From Bacteroidota bacterium (GTDB lineage: Bacteria > Bacteroidota > Bacteroidia > Chitinophagales > Saprospiraceae): a stretch of 64,000 bases of DNA. A program made the translations under genes and the position numbers. The notes under the pieces are model-generated. The model saw only the letters and a program-made list of their open reading frames with translations, was not told the origin of the DNA and ran no database searches. Location of the stretch: the NCBI GenBank assembly GCA_017857395.1, contig JAFMDF010000014.1:875-64874 (forward strand), written 5' to 3'. Shown in pieces: positions 1-9,824 of the stretch (position 1 is the stretch's first letter; each line of letters begins with the position of its first letter).

Positions 1-1507
1 TATAAGTAAATGACCAAGGAGGCGAGCCCGTAAAAGTTAACGGCAAAGTTATGTCTGCTTGCCCTTCACAATAATCAACATCACCAGAAAGTGTGGCGGT
101 TGGGATTGCTTGAATATTGACCAGAATACTATCCGAAATACTATTTTGACAAAAATCAGTAAGGGTTAGCGTATAATTAGTTGGAACTTGAATTAGTTCA
201 GTTAGACTAGATTCGGTAGAACCGTCACTCCATTGATAATTAAACGGAGGAACGCCATCGTTTATTTGTGGTTGAATAGTGAAAATTTGGTCAGCACAGG
301 CATTTAGTATGGGGAAAGAAATTGCGGGTGGACGAGCATCTGCTAAGCGTAAAGTTGCCTGACTACCACCTTCACATTTGCAAACTTGTTTTAGGTCTAA
401 AGTAATGGTTTCTATATTTTCTATTTCATCATCGAGTAATGATTCGATGGGTAAAACGACATTATTCTGACCAGCGGGAATAATAATAGTGCGTTCAATG
501 GCTTGAAAATCTATACCTTCTAAGGCAGAAGAAGTATTGTCAATTATAAAATCAATTGGTAAAGCTTCATTTCTATTACTACCTGTTGGCCGAGTAAAAA
601 CAAATTGCCCATCTGCACAATTTTCATAAGCAATCGTATCTGTGCGATTAGGAACAATTGCTTTGACCTTGGCTAATTCTCCTAAATCAAAACTTTTAGA
701 CCGCAAAAAAACAGCCGAATCTAATTTGTCATCCCCCACATCTCCAACCACTAATCGGATATGATAAGTCTCGCAAGGCGTCACCTCAAACCGAGCAGTT
801 AAAGGCACCGTAAATCCATCATATTCGATGGTGTTTACATGGTTTGGACTAAAAGGAGTTTGACAACTATTCGCATCTCCTTCTAATTCATTTTTTACAT
901 AACTATCATTATTAAGGATATGATTGACGGTATTAATAGATACAAATTCTTCGGAATCAGGCAGTCGAGCTACGTTAATAGCCCCATCTTTAAACTCGCC
1001 ATTAATGCCAGGACCACTCACAAAAAAACCAAAAACATCGTTGAAAATAGTACCTACAAATTCACAATATTCTTCGGAGGCAAACACGTATTGAAAAGAA
1101 ACACGGTTGGATAAAGGGACAAAATCAAATTCAATAACGGTTACATCAAATAATTGATTGGTGGCTATTTTTGATAAATCTTCATCCATTGAGTTATTGG
1201 CAAAAGAAGCGGTTGTTTCTACAGATTCATTAGGCCCTTCTGCCAACTTTACATCTCCTGTAGATAGTATAATGCCATCAGGAAATCCAATGACATTACC
1301 CGCATTTTCGAATTCTCCAAAACTAACTGGTTCTCCTGATACTTGAATATTACTTACATTCTTACAATCTCCTTTGATGAAAGTTTCTTTGATTAAAGCT
1401 ATAGCATTACTGTTTTGGATAGTCTGTAAACTTCCACCATTGGATTGAGCGGAGGAGTAACTAAGACTAAAATGGAGTAAAAAGAAGGACAGTAAATGTT
1501 TTTTCAT
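1..1507 (-). CDS. Secreted cell-surface protein with choice-of-anchor L domain, N-terminal part only (3' end lies beyond the window start); probable T9SS cargo
   Basis: Absent from the ORF track because it runs off the edge. A reverse-strand ATG at 1507 (cat at 1505-1507) gives the signal peptide MKKHLLSFFLLHFSLSYSSAQS. My hand translation stays open to position 1. It contains FDFVPLSNRVSFQYVFASEEYCEFVGTIFNDVFGFFVSGPGING and DGFTVPLTARFEVTPCETYHIRLVVGDVGDDKLDSAVFL, the pattern I associate with choice-of-anchor L domains. Confidence 0.7.
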   Translation of the reverse strand, partial: MKKHLLSFFLLHFSLSYSSAQSNGGSLQTIQNSNAIALIKETFIKGDCKNVSNIQVSGEPVSFGEFENAGNVIGFPDGIILSTGDVKLAEGPNESVETTASFANNSMDEDLSKIATNQLFDVTVIEFDFVPLSNRVSFQYVFASEEYCEFVGTIFNDVFGFFVSGPGINGEFKDGAINVARLPDSEEFVSINTVNHILNNDSYVKNELEGDANSCQTPFSPNHVNTIEYDGFTVPLTARFEVTPCETYHIRLVVGDVGDDKLDSAVFLRSKSFDLGELAKVKAIVPNRTDTIAYENCADGQFVFTRPTGSNRNEALPIDFIIDNTSSALEGIDFQAIERTIIIPAGQNNVVLPIESLLDDEIENIETITLDLKQVCKCEGGSQATLRLADARPPAISFPILNACADQIFTIQPQINDGVPPFNYQWSDGSTESSLTELIQVPTNYTLTLTDFCQNSISDSILVNIQAIPTATLSGDVDYCEGQADITLPLTFTGSPPWSFTY

Positions 1508-1531
1508 TAGACGCTATTCAGATGAGAACTA

Positions 1532-4500
1532 CTATTTCTTCCATAAACCCAAAACTTTTTCATCATTGTTTCCAATAATAATTAGTTCCCCTTTAGGAGT
1601 TGCTACGGGTAACATTTGTTTGACATCATAGGGTAAACTAATCCCACTTTCTAAAGGTGCAACTGGTTTAAAATCGCCTTTGCCATTACCATATAACAAT
1701 AAACCAATGCCCCCATCATTTCTCGGCGTTTCGATTTCTGCGGGATATAGATTACCTGCAATTAGCAAATCTAAATGACCATCTTCATTATAATCATTAG
1801 ATAGGATACTATTGACAGAAGAAACTTGCGCTGCTTGTGGTAAGGCTTTTAGGGAAAAAATACCATTGCCTTTATTTTCAATATAAACACTTGCAAATGT
1901 TTTAGCGGAATAATGCAAAGCTTTTTCTAAAGCATTTGGTGTATAGATGGTGGATAAATTAGAAGATGCAAAAATATTATACGAACCAAATTTTTCTTTT
2001 ATTTCAGGAATTTGTTCTGCCGAACAAGAGCGACCACGTAAAGGATATTGTTCCCCAAAATTATAATAACTTAAGACTATATCTTTTTTGCCATTATTAT
2101 CAAAATCATCATAATGTACTTCAAAAGGTGCTATTTGACTGGCTTTATATTTTGCGTTTAAACCTAGATTTCCTACTACATAATCGTCATCGCCATCGCC
2201 ATCAAAATCATTGGCATGCAAACTATACCACCAACCTGTGTGGTCTATTGGTTGGTCATCCGAAGCGTTGATAATAGATTGTTCCGTCTTGGTTAAGTTG
2301 CCATTTTTATTTTCTAAAAAAGTAATAGACATCCATTCGCCTACAAGGATTAAATCTGTTTGTCCATCTTCGTTAAAATCCGTCCATGTAGCATCCGTCA
2401 CCATGCCGCTATAAATCAAATCTTTTGCTTTCTTATTAGTAATATCTGTAAAAACACCATCATTATTTTGTAGCAATCGACTGATGGCAGGGGAAGGATA
2501 AGCCCAGGGGATATGCCGCCCACCAACGAATAGATCTAAATCGCCATCATTATCATAATCAAAAGGTTTGACACAAGCACCACTATCTCTAAATTTAGGC
2601 AATTGAGTAGTTGTTTTTTTGATACTGCCATGACCATCATTAAGGTATAAACGGTCTTGGTACATTTTTGATTGAGGCACAAATTCATTTCCTCCGCTAA
2701 CGATATATAAATCTAAATCTCCATCATTATCCGCATCAAAAAAAGTAGCAGCTACATCTTCATACGCTGCATCAGCCTGTAAACTAGGGTCAGGTAAACC
2801 AACAAATTGCCCATTAGTAGTTTGGATAAAAAATTGCCCAGCTTGACCTACCGCACCACCAACAAACACATCTTCCAAACCATCCCCATTTAAATCGCCT
2901 TTAGCTAATGCAGGGCCGAACTGTGATTGTTTATGAGGTAATAAAACTTGTTTAGCATAATCATTAAAATCATTTTCCCGATGCTGAAAGTTAATCGGAT
3001 TGGCGCTAGTAAAAAGCGGTTTTTTAATAGTTTCTTTTGGAACGGTTAAATTGTATTTTGTTCGAGCTACTTTTAAGGTTTGGTTGGCGGTTATATTTGG
3101 ATAAAAAAATTGTTCTCCATTTGGCCATTCAACCATAACATTGGTTGTTTGTTGTTGCCCCAAACCAAAATGAGCAATATTTTCGCTAGTCGAATACATC
3201 CCTCGAACATTGGCTAATTCTATCATTTGCCAAGTATCGCCAAATTGTACTTTGATTTTTACACCAAAAGTCGGTTGGTCTTTATTGTGTATTTCAACCC
3301 TCAAATAATTATTATCTGAGGTGTTATTGCTATTGTTTTGGTAAATATGCGCTACTTCATTGATGTTATTCACGACTAAGTCCAAATCGCCGTCATTGTC
3401 TAAATCCCCATAAGCGGCTCCATTAGAAAAGGTTTTTGCGTCTAATCCCCACTCCTTAGCCGTTTTACTAAAGGTCAAATCCCCATTATTTTTAAAAGCA
3501 TAATTAGCTAATGGGGTAGAAGGGATTAATGCCAAGGCTTTATCGAGGTCTAGTATATCAAAAATACCAACCGTCCCAGCATTGGGATTGGCTTTAATGA
3601 AATCATCAATCGTTTTTTGCACATATTTAGGGAATTCTTTGGCGGCATCGCTATTCCGAATGTCTCGCAAAAGACCGTTAGTGACATAAATATCCTTATA
3701 CCCGTCATTATCAAAATCTGCAATCAAATTCGCCCAAGACCAATCCGTACTCGACACACCCGCCATTTGTGCAATGTCACTAAAAGTACCATTTGTAGTC
3801 ATCGTATTGCCATTATTCAAATGCAAGGCATTAAACATGTACTGATAATGTCCACCTTGATTGACCAGTTTCCAGAATGCCTCAGGGTACATGCCGCCCA
3901 TATTGGCTTTGAGTCGAAAATTATCTTCTGCCACCATATCCAAAGTCATAATATCCAGCCAGCCATCATTATTAATATCAGCAGCATCGACGCCCATGGA
4001 ATAATAGGAAATATGACGTAATTGGTCTTTCAATACATCTGTAAAAGTGCCATCTCCATTATTTAAATATAACCAATCTGGTGCTTCGTAATCATTCGTT
4101 ACATATAAATCTGTCCAGCCATCTTTATTAATATCCGCAGCTATGACGCTATTGGTATAGCCTGCTTGTAATAAACCTGCGGTTTTGGTCACATCTTCAA
4201 ATTGGCCTTTACCCGTATTTTTATACAATCTTGGCATCCATTTTTCTTGTTTTAAATTACTTCCAAATAAAGGGGAGTAATTGCCTGGATTAGGTGGTTG
4301 ATTCAATAAAAAAAGATCTAAAAAGCCATCTTGATTATAATCTAAAAAAGTAGCGTGGCGAGTTCTTTCTGAGTTGTTAATACCATATTCGGCGGCGGAT
4401 TCTACAAAGCTGAGTTGATTACTTTTGGTCGCTGTCGTATTAATGTAGAGCGCATTTTTTCGCAATTCAGGTTGGTCATCATATAATTCTCTAGTTACAT

Positions 4501-4870
4501 AAATATCCAACTTACCATCATTATTCACATCTGCCAAAACGACGCCTGAAGACCAGCCACCATTATTGATAATACCTGCTTTTTTTGTCTTATTTTCAAA
4601 TTGTAAATTCCCTTTATTGAGGTATAATTGGTCACCCACTTGATTGCCCGCAAAAAATAAATCCGCTAATCCATCTTGATTGAAATCACCAATACCTACG
4701 CCACCGCCGCCATAATAATTACTATAAATTAGAATATTATGTGCTTTTTCATCCGTGATGGTATTTTGAAAAGTAACCCCTGTTTGAGTGGCAGACAAAT
4801 TAGTGAACAGAGATTGTCCAGATAAGGAGTAGTAGGATAAAATAAAATATAAAACAGCTAATCTTCTCAT
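1532..4870 (-). CDS. FG-GAP/VCBS repeat protein with ASPIC/UnbV domain (CRTAC1-like), secreted
   Basis: 1112-aa ORF with signal peptide MRRLAVLYFILSYYSLSGQ. It has repeated Ca-binding FG-GAP loops (DFNQDGLADLF, DVNNDGKLDIYV, DINNDGWLDIM, DLDNDGDLDLVV, DADNDGDLDLYI, DYDNDGDLDLFV). A central block, YLRVEIHNKDQPTFGVKIKVQFGDTWQMIELANVRGMYSTSENIAHFGLG, is typical of ASPIC/UnbV. Confidence 0.85.
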   Translation of the reverse strand: MRRLAVLYFILSYYSLSGQSLFTNLSATQTGVTFQNTITDEKAHNILIYSNYYGGGGVGIGDFNQDGLADLFFAGNQVGDQLYLNKGNLQFENKTKKAGIINNGGWSSGVVLADVNNDGKLDIYVTRELYDDQPELRKNALYINTTATKSNQLSFVESAAEYGINNSERTRHATFLDYNQDGFLDLFLLNQPPNPGNYSPLFGSNLKQEKWMPRLYKNTGKGQFEDVTKTAGLLQAGYTNSVIAADINKDGWTDLYVTNDYEAPDWLYLNNGDGTFTDVLKDQLRHISYYSMGVDAADINNDGWLDIMTLDMVAEDNFRLKANMGGMYPEAFWKLVNQGGHYQYMFNALHLNNGNTMTTNGTFSDIAQMAGVSSTDWSWANLIADFDNDGYKDIYVTNGLLRDIRNSDAAKEFPKYVQKTIDDFIKANPNAGTVGIFDILDLDKALALIPSTPLANYAFKNNGDLTFSKTAKEWGLDAKTFSNGAAYGDLDNDGDLDLVVNNINEVAHIYQNNSNNTSDNNYLRVEIHNKDQPTFGVKIKVQFGDTWQMIELANVRGMYSTSENIAHFGLGQQQTTNVMVEWPNGEQFFYPNITANQTLKVARTKYNLTVPKETIKKPLFTSANPINFQHRENDFNDYAKQVLLPHKQSQFGPALAKGDLNGDGLEDVFVGGAVGQAGQFFIQTTNGQFVGLPDPSLQADAAYEDVAATFFDADNDGDLDLYIVSGGNEFVPQSKMYQDRLYLNDGHGSIKKTTTQLPKFRDSGACVKPFDYDNDGDLDLFVGGRHIPWAYPSPAISRLLQNNDGVFTDITNKKAKDLIYSGMVTDATWTDFNEDGQTDLILVGEWMSITFLENKNGNLTKTEQSIINASDDQPIDHTGWWYSLHANDFDGDGDDDYVVGNLGLNAKYKASQIAPFEVHYDDFDNNGKKDIVLSYYNFGEQYPLRGRSCSAEQIPEIKEKFGSYNIFASSNLSTIYTPNALEKALHYSAKTFASVYIENKGNGIFSLKALPQAAQVSSVNSILSNDYNEDGHLDLLIAGNLYPAEIETPRNDGGIGLLLYGNGKGDFKPVAPLESGISLPYDVKQMLPVATPKGELIIIGNNDEKVLGLWKK

Positions 4871-5054
4871 GTATTATTGCTTACAAAAAATCGTAGAATT
4901 TGGTCTATTTATATTAACTAATACCGCCAAGATAGGTAATAAAATTTAGTCAATTCTAATTTTAACCATAATAATTTGGTCAAGAAACAGACAAGTAAAA
5001 GGTCTTCTGCTCTAAATCTGATAAAAAAGTTTACCTTTTCCTAAAATAAGCTTC

Positions 5055-6116
5055 ATGACTCGATTTAATAGCGCTCTTCATTTTTTAGCCATTTTTCTGT
5101 TATTGCTCTCTTGTGATAAAGGTACACCTGCTTTTGTAGATAACCCAGATGTTTGGTTTATTCCCAAATTAGAAGTCTATGAAGGCGCAGGTCGAGATGG
5201 TATTGCTTCCGTGAATGAACCTAAATTTACCACCACAGAAGCGACCCAATTTATGGACGAGGAAGATTTAGTAACCGTCTTACAAATAGGCGATGACATC
5301 AAAGCTTATCCGCATCCTATTTTAGACTACCACGAAATTATTAATGATGAAGTTGGTGGACTACCAGTAGCCATTAATTACTGTCCTTTTACAGGGACAG
5401 GCATGGCTTGGGAGCGCACTTTTAATGGAGATACAACGACTTTTGGCGTAAGCGGTTTGCTCTACAATTCCAACTTAATGCCCTTTGACCGAGCAACAGA
5501 AACGATTTGGTCGCAATTAGCTTTAAAAGGAGTTAATGGTGAATTTTTAGGAAAATCAGCGATTGTGCATTCTATGACAGAAATGCCTTGGAGTACTTGG
5601 AAAATACTCTTCCCCACAAGTAAAGTTTTGTCAAAAGATACAGGCTTTGATTTAATTTATGGAGATTACCCCTACCTTGATTTTAGAACCAATAATGAAT
5701 TTTTTGTTTTTCCTGTTAATAATACAGACAACAGGTTGCCTAATAAAGAAAGGGTGTTAGGAGTAATTGGAGCAAATGAAACTAGAGTTTTTCGCTTTAG
5801 TTCCTTTACTGAAAAAAATGAAATTCAAGTGATTCACAATTCTTTTATGGGTAGGTCAATAGCTGTTTTCGGTAGTGCCGCTCAAGGAATTATCGGTGTA
5901 GTTTCCGCTAGTTTAAAAGATGGAACAACTATAGAATTTTTACCTACAGTCAATGACTCTAATTTATTAGTAGACACCAATGGCAATGAATGGACGATTT
6001 TAGGAAAAGCAGTAAGTGGGGATTTAATAGGCACCCAATTAGATATTCCCAAATCCTTTATGGGCTATTGGTTTTCTTTTGCTATTTTTTATCCGAATTT
6101 GGATATTTATGAATGA
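5055..6116 (+). CDS. DUF3179 domain protein (lipoprotein-type N-terminus)
   Basis: 353-aa ORF with LLLLSCDKG near the N-terminus. YPHPILDYHEIINDEVGGLPVAINYCPFTGTGMAW and FGVSGLLYNSNLMPFDRATETIWSQ match my memory of the DUF3179 signature. Confidence 0.6.
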   Translation: MTRFNSALHFLAIFLLLLSCDKGTPAFVDNPDVWFIPKLEVYEGAGRDGIASVNEPKFTTTEATQFMDEEDLVTVLQIGDDIKAYPHPILDYHEIINDEVGGLPVAINYCPFTGTGMAWERTFNGDTTTFGVSGLLYNSNLMPFDRATETIWSQLALKGVNGEFLGKSAIVHSMTEMPWSTWKILFPTSKVLSKDTGFDLIYGDYPYLDFRTNNEFFVFPVNNTDNRLPNKERVLGVIGANETRVFRFSSFTEKNEIQVIHNSFMGRSIAVFGSAAQGIIGVVSASLKDGTTIEFLPTVNDSNLLVDTNGNEWTILGKAVSGDLIGTQLDIPKSFMGYWFSFAIFYPNLDIYE

Positions 6117-6290
6117 GTCGATTTCTTTTGAATCCCTTGTTTTTAATGAGATTTATTAGTGTTTGTTCTAAAATAAATCGTCGAAGAAGAATTTCCATCC
6201 CGATAGCTATAATCTTTTAAAATAAGGTTTGCTATACTAATTCTATTGACCGTAACTATACCCCAAATTCAAAAAAATAAGAAATATAAA

Positions 6291-6304
6291 TGTGTCCGTA
6301 CACG
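6291..6304. promoter_or_regulatory. Candidate operator, TGTGTCCGTACACg (13/14 match to TGTGTnCGnACACA)
   Basis: CG-centred near-palindrome in the AT-rich intergenic region, 337 bp upstream of the susC-like ATG. It is one of three copies of the same motif in the window. Confidence 0.4.
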
Positions 6305-6531
6305 AAATTAATTAAATAAAAACTTTTTATATACATTTATTTAAATGTAAGTTGGATGTTTAGTTTCTGTTTTATTTTAAGAAAGAAATCAAAATAGACA
6401 AATATTTATTTTGGCATTATAAAAAAATTATGCTTTATATTTTAGTTAATTAATACTTTTTAGTTAAAAGTGTTAATTATAAAGAAAATACATTCACAAG
6501 CCCTAATTTGGAAACGTTCTATAAAAAAATA

Positions 6532-6545
6532 TGTGTTCGCACACA
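6532..6545. promoter_or_regulatory. Candidate operator, TGTGTTCGCACACA
   Basis: Palindromic outer arms TGTGT/ACACA around a central CG, 96 bp upstream of the susC-like ATG at 6641. Confidence 0.45.
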
Positions 6546-6640
6546 ATTATTTAATATTTTTTACTACATTTATGCGTTAATTACATAATCCCAACTGAAC
6601 ATCTTTTTCATTCTATTTTTAATAATAAAATTATTTGCTT

Positions 6641-9600
6641 ATGATTCAGAGAAACCTATTTCTTTTACTCCTATTTCTTTGTACCAGTACCTCAATGGTC
6701 GTAGCGCAAAGAACTGTTTCTGGTACGGTTACCGATACCGACGGAGAGTCCTTGATAGGCGTAAATATTTTGGAAGCAGGTACATCCAATGGAACAGTTA
6801 CGGACTTCGACGGAAATTACTCCATGCCCGTCTCCGATGGAGCTACCTTAATTTTTAGTTATACTGGTTATGCCGACCAATCTATTCTTGTTGGTGCACA
6901 AACAATTCTTGATGTAACTTTAGAAGAGGGCGTTGCGCTCGATGAAATCGTTGTTACCGCTTTAGGGATTTCTAGAGAAAAGAAATCTTTATCTTACTCT
7001 GCTCAGAATGTCGAAACGGAGGATATATCCAAGGCTAGAGCATTAAATGTTGTCAATTCTCTTTCTGGAAAGGTATCAGGAATTTCTGTGAGCCCTTCTG
7101 GTTCTGGAGTAGGGGGTGCTTCTAGGGTTATTTTACGAGGTAATCGTTCGATTGCTGGAAGTAGTGAACCTTTATATGTAATAGATGGTGTTCCTATTTT
7201 AGGAGACCCTTCTGATGTGAATCCTGATGATATTGCTTCTATTTCTGTATTGAAAGGACCTAACGCTGCAGCTCTTTATGGAAACAGGGCCAATAATGGT
7301 GCTATTATTATTACAACTAAACAAGGAACAGAAGGAGGCTTCAAAGTTAGTTTAAATACTACTTATACGGGTAGTTCTCCAATTTTATTGAACAATTTTC
7401 AAAATGAATTCGCTCAAGGAAATAGTGGACAATATAGTGGATCTTCTGAAGATTCATGGGGTCCAAGAATATCTGGACAATCGGTAGATCATTGGTCTAA
7501 CGATCCTAACTTCTCTGGTGGAGGCACCTATTCTTTAGCTGCACAGCCAGATAATGTTTCTGATTTTTACCAAACAGGTACTAATGTTGCGACTAATCTA
7601 GCCATTAGTGGGGGTACTGAAAAATCACAGACTTATTTTTCTTACACCTTTACAGACGCAGAAGGTGTAGTTCCTGGAAATGCCTTGAAACGTCATAATA
7701 TCCATTTAAGAATTACCAATAAACTAATGGATAGATTGACCTTAGATGCAAAAGTAAATTATATAAAAGAAGATATAGCAAACTCCATCCCTGGTGGAGA
7801 AAATTATGCCAATGCCAATCGACACATTTTAAGATTACCTAGGACGATTAGAACACAAGATGTTAGTATTCACGAGTTTACGGATCCTTCTGGCTTAAAT
7901 AGACAACATTATTGGAATCCAGGTTCTAATGGTGGCGCAAATCCTTATTGGACTATAAATAGAAATATTAATGAGCGAGACCTTGACCGTATTGTGGCTT
8001 TTGCCTCACTTCGATATGAATTAATGGACGGGCTGTCTATTCAGGTTCGTTCGGCTTTTGATAGAGTTAATAGACAAAATGATTCTAGGAATGCTAACGA
8101 TAGTTATATTATTGCAGATAATGGAACTTTTGATTTAACAAAAAGTGACCAATATGAATGGAATAATGATGTCTTAGCTACTTATAGTAAAAAAGTAAAT
8201 GAAGATTTAAGTATAAGTTTGAATGTTGGTGCGAATACAAGACGAGAGCGTGGTTCAACTTTAAGAGGTTTTGTTGAAAGAGGTACGGGGTTAATTGTAC
8301 CTAACTTTTTTGCATTAAGTAATACCAATGACGGGTTTACTGCTAATGATTTTGGGACAACTGGTACCAGTTATCCTAGAGATGTAAATTCTGTTTATGG
8401 GTTTGCGAATATTGGCTATAAAGATGCTATCTTTTTAGATATTACTGGTCGAAATGACTGGAGTTCTACTTTACCACGATCTAATTGGTCCTTTTTCTAC
8501 CCATCTGTTGGTTTAACAGCCGTATTATCAGATTTGACGACGATGCCTGATTTTATCACTTTTGCTAAGTTAAGAGCTTCTTGGGCAGAAGTAGGGAATG
8601 ATACCAATCCATTCCAAACACTTAGAACAGCTAGTTTAGCAGCAGGTGGAGCGAATGGGTTTTTAAATATTAGTGGTACAATTCCAAACGCTGATTTATT
8701 ACCTGAAAAGACAAAATCAATAGAAGTAGGGGCCGATTTACGATTTATGCGAAATAGAATTGGATTGGATGTAACTTATTATAAGACGAATTCCGAAAAC
8801 CAATTATTCTCTGTTGCTTTACCAGTAGGTTCTGGTGCTTCTCAATTTTTTACGAATGGTGGTGATGTTGAAAATAAAGGAATTGAAGCATTGCTTAGCA
8901 TTTCTCCTGTAAAAACTAAAGATTTTGCATGGGATTTAACTTTCAATTTTACCAAGAATAATAGTACGGTTGTTAAAATTAATGATGAACGACCTAGAAT
9001 TCAGGTGGCTTCAGATTTTCTTAGAGCCTATTTTATCGAACAAGGAGAACCATTTGGTAATGTATTCTCAAGAGGTTTTGTTAGACAAGTAGAAGGCGAT
9101 CAAAATAGCCCAATCGTAGTAGATGCAGATGGTATTCCATTAGTAACGGGTGGGCGTACCGTATTGGCAGCTAATTATAATCCAGATTGGTTAGGTGGTA
9201 TATCAAATACCTTGAATTATAAAAATGCTTACTTGAGTTTCTTAATTGATATGAGAATTGGAGGAAGTGTTACTTCTATGACCAATGCTATTGTATATGG
9301 TGGTGGCCATACTGAAGAAACTTTATTTGGTAGAGAAGGAGCAGTTTTTGGAGAAGGAGAATGGGCTAAATGGGGTACTACTGTTAATGAAGATGGTTCG
9401 CCAAATAATAAAACCATTACTGCTGAACAATACTGGAACAGAGTGGGGGGTAGAAACGCACCTGTAGGAGAAGCCTTTGCTGTAGATGCTACCAATATTA
9501 GATTACGGGAACTAGTATTAGGCTATACCTTACCGATTAAGAATGATCATATTTCTGCAGTAAGAGTTTCTGTTGTTGGACGTAATTTGTTCTTTTTCTC

Positions 9601-9727
9601 TAATAAAGCAGGAGATTTTGATCCTGAGGTTATTACTACAACAGCAAAACAAGGAGAAGGCTTTCAATCATTTGCTCCTCCGACTATGAGAACATTTGGG
9701 GTGAATCTTGGTATTGATTTCAAATAA
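6641..9727 (+). CDS. SusC/RagA-family TonB-dependent outer-membrane transporter
   Basis: The track start is TTG 6635; the ATG at 6641 gives the signal MIQRNLFLLLLFLCTSTSMVVAQ. It has a CarboxypepD_reg-like start (VSGTVTDTDGESLIGVNILEAGTSNGTVTDFDGNYS) and plug motifs (LYVIDGVPI, ISVLKGPNAAALYGNRANNGAIIITTK). About 1030 aa, and followed by a SusD-like gene. Confidence 0.9.
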   Translation: MIQRNLFLLLLFLCTSTSMVVAQRTVSGTVTDTDGESLIGVNILEAGTSNGTVTDFDGNYSMPVSDGATLIFSYTGYADQSILVGAQTILDVTLEEGVALDEIVVTALGISREKKSLSYSAQNVETEDISKARALNVVNSLSGKVSGISVSPSGSGVGGASRVILRGNRSIAGSSEPLYVIDGVPILGDPSDVNPDDIASISVLKGPNAAALYGNRANNGAIIITTKQGTEGGFKVSLNTTYTGSSPILLNNFQNEFAQGNSGQYSGSSEDSWGPRISGQSVDHWSNDPNFSGGGTYSLAAQPDNVSDFYQTGTNVATNLAISGGTEKSQTYFSYTFTDAEGVVPGNALKRHNIHLRITNKLMDRLTLDAKVNYIKEDIANSIPGGENYANANRHILRLPRTIRTQDVSIHEFTDPSGLNRQHYWNPGSNGGANPYWTINRNINERDLDRIVAFASLRYELMDGLSIQVRSAFDRVNRQNDSRNANDSYIIADNGTFDLTKSDQYEWNNDVLATYSKKVNEDLSISLNVGANTRRERGSTLRGFVERGTGLIVPNFFALSNTNDGFTANDFGTTGTSYPRDVNSVYGFANIGYKDAIFLDITGRNDWSSTLPRSNWSFFYPSVGLTAVLSDLTTMPDFITFAKLRASWAEVGNDTNPFQTLRTASLAAGGANGFLNISGTIPNADLLPEKTKSIEVGADLRFMRNRIGLDVTYYKTNSENQLFSVALPVGSGASQFFTNGGDVENKGIEALLSISPVKTKDFAWDLTFNFTKNNSTVVKINDERPRIQVASDFLRAYFIEQGEPFGNVFSRGFVRQVEGDQNSPIVVDADGIPLVTGGRTVLAANYNPDWLGGISNTLNYKNAYLSFLIDMRIGGSVTSMTNAIVYGGGHTEETLFGREGAVFGEGEWAKWGTTVNEDGSPNNKTITAEQYWNRVGGRNAPVGEAFAVDATNIRLRELVLGYTLPIKNDHISAVRVSVVGRNLFFFSNKAGDFDPEVITTTAKQGEGFQSFAPPTMRTFGVNLGIDFK

Positions 9728-9824
9728 GTCTTTAAACCGACATTTTATTGACAACAATTTGACCCTTAATTTGGTCTTAATGTTTAACCATCAATATTTT
9801 TATAAAAAATTAAATTCATTGAAT

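Noticed and set aside
920-1346. Plus-strand ORFs 920..1114 and 1158..1346 from the track
   Set aside because: They lie antisense inside the long open minus-strand frame (1..1507), which has a signal peptide and clear choice-of-anchor L motifs. Their translations are low-complexity with no motif.
6117-6640. A hidden gene or small ORF in the 518-bp susC upstream region
   Set aside because: Only very short ORFs are present (for example an 8-codon ORF starting at the first palindrome). The region is extremely AT-rich and better explained as regulatory DNA.
9708-9824. Long N-terminal extensions implied by the ORF-track starts (SusD at 9708; also 6635, 16706, 24791, 31704, 32749, 36770, 40234)
   Set aside because: In each case an internal ATG immediately precedes a proper signal, lipoprotein, Tat or Rossmann N-terminus. 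The extension either overlaps the upstream gene or begins at TTG, so I moved the starts.
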